From contig CM059431.1 in assembly GCA_030390025.1 (NCBI GenBank), positions 96,846,001 through 96,910,000 of the forward strand: a stretch of DNA of 64,000 nt, read 5' to 3'. Every line of letters begins with the position of its first letter. The stretch's first letter is position 1. Position numbers and translations under genes: made by a program. The notes beneath the pieces are model-generated. The model saw only the letters and a list, made by a program, of their open reading frames with translations. It was not told the origin of the DNA and did not search any database. Of the stretch, positions 50,546 to 60,464 are shown piece by piece. This stretch comes from Squalus acanthias. Its lineage: Eukaryota.

Positions 50546-53500
50546 ACATAGGATTACATAGGATATACGGCACAGAAACAGGCCACTCGGCTCAACCAGT
50601 CCATGCCGGCGTTTATGCTCCACTCGAGCCTCCTCCCGTCTTTCCTCATCTAAATCTATCAGCATAACCCTCTATTCCCTTCTCCCTCATATGCTTGTCC
50701 AGCCTCCCCTTAAATGCATCTATACTATTCGCCTCAACCACTCCCTGTGGTAGCAAGTTCCACATTCTCACCACTCTTTGGGTAAAGAAGTTTCTTCTGA
50801 ATTCCCTATTGGATTTCTTGGTGACTATCTTATATTGATAGCCTCTAGTTATGCTCTTCCCCACAAGTGGAAACATTCTCTCTGTATCCACTCTATCAAA
50901 ACCTTTCATAATTTTAAAGACCTCTATTAGGTCACCCCTCAGCCTTCTTTTTTCAAGAGAAAAGAGACCCAGCCTGTTCATGCTTTCCTGATATGTATAC
51001 CCTCGCATTTCTGGTATCATCCTTGTAAACCTTCTCTGCACCCTCTCCTGTGCCTCTATATCCTTTTAATAATATGGCGACCAGAACTGTACGCAGTACT
51101 CTAAGTTTGGTCTAACCAAGGTTAGATACAGGATTATCATAACTTCCCTACTTTACAATTCCATTCCTCTAGAAATAAACCCTAGTGCTTGATTTGCTTT
51201 TTTTATGGCCTTGCTAACCTGCAGGCGCAACTTTCAGTGATTTGTGTATTTGTACTCCGAGATCCCTTTGTTCCTCTACCCCACCTAGACTCGCACCCTC
51301 CAAGTAATAAGTGACCTCCCTATTCTTCCTACCGAAATGTAATACCTCACATTTATCTGTGTTGAACTTCATTTGCCAATTATTTGCCCATTCTGCAAGT
51401 TTATTAATGTCCTCCTGTAATTTGTTGCAGTCCTCCTCAGTATTGACTATCCCCCCAATTTGGTATCATCCACAAATTTAGAAATTGTGTTTTTGATTCT
51501 AAAGTCTAAATCGTTAATGTAAATTATGAACAGCAGTTGTCCCAGCACTGATTCTTGTGGAACACCACTACCCAACTTCTGCCACTGTGAATAGCTACCC
51601 TTTACTCCCACTCTCTGCTTTCTGTCTTGAAGCCAGCCAGCAATCCATTCTGCTACTTGTCCCCTGACTCCGCATTCTCTGACCTTACTCATTAGTCTAT
51701 TATGTGGTATCTTATCGAAGGCCTTTTGAAAATCTAGATAAATTACATCTACTGAATTACCATTGTCTACTCTCTCTGCTACCTCTTCAAAAAATTCAAT
51801 AAGGTTGGTCAAGCAAGATTTTCTCTTTTGAAATCCATGCTGACTATTCATTATTATACTTTTCGTTTCTAGATGTTCTTCTATTCTCTCCTTTAGTAGG
51901 GATTCCATTATTTTTCCTACCACCGATGTTAAGCTGACTGGTCTATAATTCCCTGGACATGTTCTATTCCCCTTCTTAAATATCGGTATTACGTTAGCTA
52001 TCCGCCAGTCCTCTGGTACTACACCTTTTTCTAACGAATTATTAAATATGTGTAGTAATGCCTCTGCTATCTCTTCCCTAGATTCTTTTAAAATGCATGG
52101 ATGCAATCTATCCTCTTTGAGTTTGATTAGTTTATTTAATATATCCCCTTTTTTATTTTAAATGCACTTATCTCATTACTCATCTCATCATCCAATGTCA
52201 TGTCTACCTGTTCTATCTCCCTGGTAAATACCGAAGCGAAATAATGATTTAATATTTCTGCCATCTCCCTATCATTACCTGTGGTATTGTCCTGTCTATC
52301 CCTTAATGGCCCTATTCCCATCCCAACCTTCCTTTTTTTTGATGTGCCTGTAAAATATTTTACTATTTTGTCTTATGTTCCTTGAAAATTTAATTTCATA
52401 GTTCCTCTTTGCCTTCCTAATTGTTTTTTTGACTTCTCTCCTAATCCCTTCGTATTCTCTCTTATCATGCACTCCCCTGCTGTCTATGTACTTAATGTAT
52501 GCCTCTTTCCTTACCCTCAATTGTTCCCTTATGTCTTTATTCATCCATGGAGTCTCATTAGTGTTTAGTTTGTTCTTTCCTTTTAGCGGAATATATTTTT
52601 CCTGCACTCTTTTGATCACTGTTTTAAATGTTTCCCATTGTCGTTCTACATCGTTGTTTGCCAATATTGTTGCCCATTTTATCTTCCCAAGTTCTATTCT
52701 CAGCCCCTCAAAATCAGCAATTCTCCAATCTATTAACCTGGTTTTTGTCATACTTATGTCCTTCTCTATTATCATCTTAAAGCGTATTATATTATGGTCA
52801 CTATTGCCTATATGTTCCCCTACTTTTATTTCTCTTATCTGCTCTGACTCACTCCCCATTACTAGGTCCAATAGCGAATCCTCCCTTGTTGGGCTTTTTA
52901 CATATTGGGTTAGAAAGGAGTCCTGTACACATTGTAGGAACTCCATTCCCTTATCCCCTTTACCTACCTCTTCTGTCCAATTAATATTGTGGTAGTTGAA
53001 ATCCCCCATGATTATTATTCTATGTTTTTTACTCATTTCTCTATTTTGTCTGTATATTTCTTCCTCCACCTCCCTTCCACTATTAGGTGGTCTGTAGACT
53101 ATGCCTATTAGTGTGATTGATCCTTTATTATCTTTTATCTCTATCCATATGGATTCTATTTCTGTCTTGCTGATATCTGCGTTAGTTTTTTCTACTGCCA
53201 TCCTGTTATCCCTAATAAGTACAGCTACTCCACCTCCCCTTTTTCCCTCTCTATCTTTTCTAAATATGTTATACCCTGCAATGTTTAATTCCCAGTCCTG
53301 ATTTTTCTGTAGCCATGTCTCAGTAATCCCTACTAAGTCTGGTTCCTCCCAGTGCATGATTGCCTCCAGCTCCCCTGTTTTATTACGGACACACTGTACA
53401 TTGCTCTACAGACAGTTTAATTCATTTTTAATAGGATTTCCTCTCACTTTATGTTTAACCATCTTTTTAGACTCCTGTCTATAACTCTATTTGCTCCCTT

Positions 53501-55248
53501 GCTGTCAATGTCCTCCCTTACTTTATTCTATTCTATGCTCACTTTTCCTGTTTTGTTTATATTTAGGCTGCTTACGTTTCTTGTAGATCCCTCCCCACTC
53601 CTTACTAGTTTAAAGCCTTTGCCCCCTCCCTATGTACCCTTTCTGCTAGGACTCGGGTCCCATCCCGGTTCAGGTGAAGCCCGTCCCATCAGTTCAGCTC
53701 CTTCCTGTCCCAGGACTGGTGCCAGTATCCCATGAAAAGGAACCCCTCTTTCCCACACCAGCCCTTTAGCCACATGTTAATCCTCCTGATCTGTCTGCTT
53801 CTATGCCAATTTGTATGTGGCTCGGGCAATAATCCAGAGATTATTACCCTCGATTCCTGCTTTTTAATTTAGAGCCTAACTCCTAAAATTCTTTCAGCAG
53901 GACCTCCTCCCTGTTCCTACCTATGTCGTTTGTTCCAACATGGACCATGATGACTAGATTTATCCCCTCCCTTTGCAAGTTCCTCTCCAGCCGTTGTGAG
54001 ATATCCCTTACATTGGCAACACAACCTTCGGGATTCTCGTTCATGGCTGCAGACAACGCTATCTATCCCCCTAATTATAGAGTACCCTATTACTGCCACA
54101 TTTCTATTCTGCTATTCCCCCCCCCCCCCCACAACCTTGGACAGCCTTCTGAGCCACGGTGCCTTGGTCTGCATTGTGGCTGTCCTCCCTGCAGTCTTTC
54201 TCCTTGTCCTCACAGGTAGCGAGTACATTGTACCTGTTGGACAGGACCAGTGTCTGTGGGACCTCCTTCTCAACCTCTCGTAAATCCCCGCACCCGTCTC
54301 CCTAACAGTCACACCCTCCCTTTCCTGAACCTGTGCTTTCCTCTGGGGTGTGACTGTATTCTGGAAAAAACTGTCCAGAAATTCCTCCCCCTCCCTTATG
54401 TGTCGGAGTGTCTCCAACTCGCACTCCAGCTCAATGGCTCTGAGCTGGAGAGATTCGAGACGGAGACATCTCCTGCAGACGTGTTCGCTCGGGACAGTCT
54501 CGCTGTCCACAAACTCCCACATACTGCAGTCCAGACACGCAACCTGCCCTGCCATGTCTTAATCTAGCCTTATTTTATTTATTTAATTAGTTAAAATCTT
54601 TATTCAATGATTATTTATAGTTTATTAAATAGTTTAACTAGTTAAGCTATAAATTTAATACAGTTATAGTTTCCCGCACCTAGTTTAAACCACTGTCCTA
54701 GGATAGAGAGAAAAAAAAACCTTAATACTCAACAACCAATCACCTACCTGCTGTCCTGCGACATCACTCTTTGTTTTTGGAAATCGTCGACGGTTCGGCC
54801 ACTCCTGGAGTCGCCAATCAGGTCGGTGCTGTTTCCCCCGCTGTTTTATGTTCCGCTCCTGGTGTCTCCAATCAGGTCGGTGCTGTTTCCCCCGCTGTTT
54901 TATGTTCCGCTCCTGGAGTCTCCAATCAGGTCAGTGCTGTTTCCCCCGCTGTTTTATGTTCCGCTCCTGGAGTCTCCAATCAGGTCGGCGCTGTTTCCCC
55001 CGCTGTTTTATGTTCCGCTCCTGGAGTCTCCAATCAGGTCGGCGCTGTTTCCCCCGCTGTTTTATGCTCTGCTCCTGGAGTCTCCAATCAGGTCGGCGCT
55101 GTTTCCCCGCTGTTTTATGTTCCACTCCTGGAGTCTCCAATCAGGTCAGTGCTGTTTCCCCCGCTGTTTTATTTTCCACTCCTGGAGTCTCCAATCAGGT
55201 CGGCGCTGTTTCCCCGCTGTTTTATGTTCTGACGCTGCTGTCTGCAAA
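50546..55248 (-). mobile_element. Full-length CR1 LINE (ORF1 54555-~53606, ORF2 ~53420-50646), decayed
   Basis: ORF1 MAGQVACLDC..VCRRC finger plus esterase; ORF2 endonuclease and RT, ending GIEGYADRFR*. Boundaries are set by the paralogous empty site at ~43010-43030. Confidence 0.95.
54802..55230. repeat. 54-bp tandem monomers (8 copies), each with CCAATCA, at the CR1 5' end
   Basis: Unit ctcctggagtctccaatcaggtcggcgctgtttcccccgctgttttatgttccg. Confidence 0.95.
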
Positions 55249-56357
55249 CTTTTCCATTTTGCTCCATTAAGTTCACACAAAATTGCTCCCTTTAACTTTA
55301 CTAAATGAATTGCAGTAAATTGCTTCAGATTGTAGTCAAACCATGTTTGAATAATAATTAGAGGCATCAAAGCTTACAGCCAGAGAGAGGACAATTAGCC
55401 CATCATTTCTCTGCAACCCAAAGCTAATCCCACTGCCCTGCTCTCTCCATGGCTCTGGATCTTCCTCTGCTTTAAATATTTATTTCCTTTTCCTTTAAAA
55501 GATGCGATGGTCTCTGCCTCAACCATTCTCTGGGGCAAATCATCCCAGGCTCCAACAACCCTCCGTAAAGAAACTTCTCATTCTCTTAGTGATAATTTTA
55601 AATTGATAATCCCTCATCCCTGACTCCTCAGCCAGAGGAGATAGTCTCTCCCTATTCACTCTCTCAAAACACTTCATCATTTTCTAAATCTCTGTTAAAT
55701 CTCCTCTCAGCCTAGTCCCAGTATCTCAAGTCTCTCCTCATGACTATAGACTATGAATTTCCTCAGACTGTCTGCCGCTGCACCATCGTAACTTTGCAGA
55801 ACGTGTGGCGGAAACTTCATCTAATTGTGTAAATTGGGTTTCTGCCATATTCCAGCGAGGTTACGATGGAAGTAGATGTGCCTCCCAGCACTTCTCTGCC
55901 TAGTATCGATGGGTGGAGTGTGCATGGCCAGGCTGCACGCATTGCTACCTGAAAATTGCATTGGGTCCTACAACTGGCATACGACATCCATTTGCATATT
56001 AGAATTCTGCTCCTGCCTGAAACAGGCGGCGCTCTGGACCCCCATTTCCACACTGTGTCTATTTTGCGTTAGCTGAACTCCACAGTCAGTACTACCTACC
56101 TGCCCTCATTCACCCTTCTCATATGGTCACAACACGATGAATTGGTCTTCTATTATAGCCTGGTGTTCTGGGGCAAGCTCCAAATGTTCACTCACTGAAG
56201 GAGGCATCGACCCTGTGACTCGGTATTGACCAATTGTGCGCTGATGGTGTGGAGCCCACCATAGATACTAAGGCCCACAGCATCGTGGGTAAGGCCCAGA
56301 TGGCCAATTGGGTGACATCAACGCCTGGCCTTTGGGGAAAGGACTCAGTGATCAGAC

Positions 56358-56438
56358 CTTCTGCTGCTGCTGGTCCTCTGGGATAGTGATCTGCACTCTC
56401 AGTCTGCCGAGCAATTGTATTCCGGACTCCGAACGAAC
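56358..56438 (-). CDS. Candidate 81-nt phase 1-1 exon (SFGVRNTIARQTESADHYPRGPAAAE)
   Basis: Acceptor aaattcacag and a weak donor GAAG|gtctga. ESAD falls at the same offset as in the 81-nt exon at 9803. Confidence 0.35.
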
Positions 56439-56529
56439 CTGTGAATTTAATTGTGTAATGATGGAATATTCCAGCACAGAAACAGGCCATTTAACCCATC
56501 AAATCGTCTCCACGTGAATGAACTGGCAT

Positions 56530-56840
56530 TTTCTGGAGGTCGAGATAAGGTCGATAGGGAATGACTCTACCCGGCAAAAGGGGAATCCAGAACTAGGGCA
56601 ATATAACAGAATCCAAGCTAACCCGGGTAAGAGCAAATCCAGGAAAAACTTCACCACACAAGGGGCTGTGTAAATGAGTACATTCTCTCAGAACAGGAGC
56701 GATGGAGAGACAATTGAGCTTAAAAGAAGAGATGTACATACTTGAGAAAGGAGAATGTTAAGGGAAATTGAGAAAGCTGCCAGTGCTAACAGAATGGTGG
56801 AGCGGTTTGATGGCTGAATGCCGGCTGTTGTTCCTGTGGG
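56530..56840 (+). mobile_element. Highly degraded CR1 3' fragment
   Basis: Remnants of the 'gaatccagaactaggg' and 'aggaaaaacttc..cacacaaggg' ORF2 end motifs. Confidence 0.5.
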
Positions 56841-57034
56841 GTAAATTTTCATTTTCAGGGGATTCGATGGTGCAAATTTTGGTTTTGTTACCATGTTCCT
56901 GAACCTGTCAGAAGCAACTTCGAGACTGCAGTTTCAACTGTGTATCATTTTCAGTCCAATGAGGACCTCTAGTGGCTAGAACCATTGTTACACCATTATG
57001 CTGCTTGATAACTGCTGTTCTTTATATATTTGCT

Positions 57035-57315
57035 GTTGGAATGCTGGTGACACAGGCAAGGCCAGCATTTATTGCCCATCTCTAGTTGTCCTGAAAAGGT
57101 GGTGGTGGACCTTCTTCTTAAACTGCTGCAGTCCGTGTGGTGAAGGTGCTCCCACAGTGCTGTTAGGTCGGGAGTTCCAGGAGATTGACCCAGTGACTAT
57201 TAAGGAAGGGCGATATAGTCAGGATGGTGTGAGACTTGGAGCTGATGGTGTTCCCATGGAATTGCTGCTTGACCTCAGTGGAAGAGGCCACAGAGGAGGG
57301 AGGTGCTGTCGAAGT
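57035..57315 (-). mobile_element. LINE 3' fragment of a different family
   Basis: Translates ..SWNSRPNSTVGAPSPHGLQQFKKKVHHHL.. followed by aataaatgctggccttgcc; the tail is shared with the SINE at 59410-59800. Confidence 0.6.
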
Positions 57316-57837
57316 AATGATGAAGGATGATGATGGTGGGGGACTCGGAGATGGTGGCTCCATTGAAGGTGGGGGAGAAGGAGGGGTAGGGGGGTGAGGT
57401 GATGGGGGGGGGGGCATGGCCCAGTGTACCTGCAATTTCTCCCAATTAGCACCCCATAACTGACCACATGGCACACTGCCACTATAGTAGTGGTGGAATG
57501 AGCCGCACAGCAGGGAGCCTGAGGCAGATACCGTGTAAAGGAGAACATTATTGGTGAAATACCTGCAGCTTTCTAAAACTTTCCCAGGACAACTATTTTG
57601 TTTATTTTGTTGAGGTCTGGTGTTAAATCCGGTGAAATGTATGTTTTGGACTGGAAAATAGAAGAGGCGAGATTGGAGGAACTTAGAGCAAAGTCTCACA
57701 GAAGATACTGGTTTCCAACAGTCGATACTCTACTGAGTTTACTGCCCTAGAAGATCTTAGATTTCTCCGCCTGTCAGTGCCTCAGAACATTGTGCTCCCC
57801 CCCACCCCACCGCCCCCCCCCCTCCCACCAGAGACTA

Positions 57838-58482
57838 TTTGGGAATTTTCTCTTGAAAAAGAAGGGTGAGGGGTGACCTAATAAAGTTCTTTAAAATTAT
57901 GAAAGGTTTTGATAAAGTGGATACAGAGAGAATGATTCCACTTGTGGGGAAGAGCATAACTAGAGGCCATCAATATAGGATAGTCACCAAGAAATCCAAT
58001 AGGGAATTCAGAAGAAACTTCTTTACCTAAAGAGTGGTGAGAATGTGGAACTCGCTACCACAGAATCATAGAATCATAGAAGATAGGAGCAGGAGTAGGC
58101 CATTCAGCCCCTCTAGCCTGCTCCGCCATTCAATGCGATCATGGTTGATCATCCAAATTCAGTACCCTGTCCCTGCTTTCTCCCCATATCCCTTGATCCC
58201 TTTAGCCTTAAGAAATATATCCAACTCCTTCTTGAATCTATTTAATGAATTGGCCTCTACTGCCTTCTGTGACAGGGAGTGGTTGAAGCGAATAGTATAG
58301 ACGCATTTAAGGGGAGGCCAGACAAGCATATGAGGGAGAAGGGAATAGAGGGTTATGCTGATAGGTTTAGATGAGGAAAGTCGGGAGGAGGCTCGAGTGG
58401 AGCATAAACGCCGGCATGGACTGGTTGGGCCAAATGGCCTGTTCCTGTGCCGTATATCCTATGTAATGTAATCCTGTGTATG
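57838..58482 (+). mobile_element. CR1 3' fragment (same subfamily as 50546-55248) with a nested antisense CR1 tail at 58064-58271
   Basis: Matches the reverse complement of 50546-50960. The insert matches 32435-32631 and is flanked by ACAG. Confidence 0.9.
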
Positions 58483-58559
58483 CTGACTGAAAACCCATAG
58501 CCCACCTCATCAAGGAGTCCAGCACTATCTGTGGCAGCGAAAGGAACCAACGCCTGGAA

Positions 58560-59330
58560 ATTATTTTGCTACTAAATCTTTCCAGGCAGCCTTGGGTGAC
58601 CACAATCACATTAGTCTGGCCACAGCTCACCACAGAAGGTCACTGGAGCTCACAGTTTATTCCCTTCTCTATGGAGTATGCAGAAAAAAGAAAGTGAGCC
58701 ATCCAATTCTAGTCTGGGAGAGTTCCCACAGGTGCAGAAAGCAATTGAGGTCTTCAAAGCCCCATATCAGAACCCCCTCAATCTAGTTACTAGGAAAGAG
58801 TTTCATTCTATCAATGTCCAGCTAGTGTGTGTTGCCACTCACCCTATCCTGCACGTTAATGCTTAATAGCCAGGAAGCTGTCATGCTGCTTTCATCATGT
58901 GACAATCCACCATACCAGTCCTGATGACTCACAGTCATGTATCAGGATGGTTGATTGGTGATCAGTCATGACTTATGACTCCAGTACGGCATCTGCAGAT
59001 AGAGGCAGAGAACAGATATAATGAGGCCCATGGGACTACAAGGAATGTAGAACAGACCATTGGCATTCTGAAGACTCTTGGACAAATCTGGTGGAGCCCC
59101 ATAGCACAGGCCAGGGAGGGTCACTACAATCTTGGTAACTTCCTGCTTGATGCATAATCTTGCTCGGCAGAAAGGATTACTATTTCCTGAGAAGGAAGAG
59201 AGAGGCAGCCCCCCCATCTCCACACCAGGAGTGGGTGCACAGAAACGAGAGGAGTTGGAGCAGGAGAGCCAGGAGCCTGCAGTTCAAAGCCGAGTGTTTT
59301 CAGTAATAAAAAGATTGAGCAACCAAATAA
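58560..59330 (+). pseudogene. Ancient degraded Harbinger transposase
   Basis: FPQVQKAI, RKEFHSINVQLVC, PGSCHAAFI, GWLIGD and LMTPVR..RYNEAHGTTRNVEQTIGILK motifs with stops and frameshifts. Confidence 0.85.
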
Positions 59331-59409
59331 AAATCCTTCCCTCAGGGCTGGTCCCCCACACACTGCCTAACACCCCCAAAGGCCTCATTAAGACCTGTAC
59401 TGGGGGTAG

Positions 59410-59800
59410 GGGAGTGTAGTGGTTAAATTACTGGACTGGTAATCCAAAGAACTAGAGCTCAAATCCCACCATGAGAAATTGAGGCAGTTTAAAAAATCTG
59501 GAAATAAAAGGCTGGTCTCAGTAAAAGTGACCGTGAAGCTGTCGGATTGTCGTAAAACCTCAACTGGTTCACTGATGTCCTTTAGGGAAGGAAACCTGCC
59601 ATCCTTACCCGGTCTGGCCTATATGTGACTCCAGCCCCACACCATCGTGGTTGACTCTTAACTGCCCTCTGAAGTGCCCAGCAAGCCACTCAGTTTGTAT
59701 CAAACCACTATCAGTGATTCAAGAAGAAGGCCCACCACCACCAAGACGACTAGAATGCAATAAAAGCCGCCTTGCCAGCAATGCCCACATCCTGAGAACT
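59410..59800 (+). mobile_element. tRNA-derived SINE with a LINE-related tail
   Basis: Degenerate A box (gtgtagtggtt) and B box (gctcaaatccc); 3' end ttcaagaagaaggcccaccacc..aataaa..ccttgccagc. Confidence 0.6.
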
Positions 59801-60464
59801 AATGCAATTTTCAGGTACCGAGATAACATTTCCCAAAATGCAATAATAGAAATCTCACATTTCATCTCCTCAGCCCACTAGATTGCAAACACCCAGAGAA
59901 ATGAACATCAATCAGTTTTTACTTTCCATTGTAATATTACCCCAGCGATTCCAGGAATTTCAAGCACTCTAACTACTTCTACCCGTTCTGCCAGCCACTT
60001 ACTCTGATTCCGAATCTCCTAATTCTATGAGGTGCTCCCTGGGTGATGTGAGGTTGAAAGGTGGGTGGTGGGAAGATTTCCCTGGACCCTTCAAAGTCTG
60101 GTCACAGTGAAGCTGCTGTCCCTGAGAGACCGGCTTATGGTGACCATTCTCTTGCATTCTCAAGGGGAGTTGGGCCCAGGTCAGAAGCTCCCTCAGGTGT
60201 TGGGATTGTTGTGTTGAGGCTGTCCCCTCAAGGCATCTATTGAATCAGTGATGGTTGCCGTGCTGGAACCCACCAATGTCCTGAGTAACTCCTCCTAGTG
60301 CCTTGTCACCACAGAAATCTCATGGACTGCCACACTCTCAAGTGTGATCTATATGGCATGGCAAGCTTTGTGCAATGTGTTGAAGATGGGGGTAGTGGAC
60401 TCCTCCCACTTCTCCATCAACTCAATGGTGCGCATGGAAACCATCTCCACTGCCTCCACATGAG

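Larger units (their letters stand above)
38515..56060. repeat. Second tandem segmental duplication (copy A ~38515-48090, copy B ~48094-56060)
   Basis: 39961-40433 ~ 48424-48898; both carry a SINE; 43021-43547 plus 47666-48040 ~ 55249-56056; 38515-39197 ~ 48094-48422 is more diverged. Confidence 0.85.

Noticed and set aside
59990..60460. Possible Myb-like partner gene of the ancient Harbinger
   Set aside because: The position fits, but no diagnostic motif could be read.
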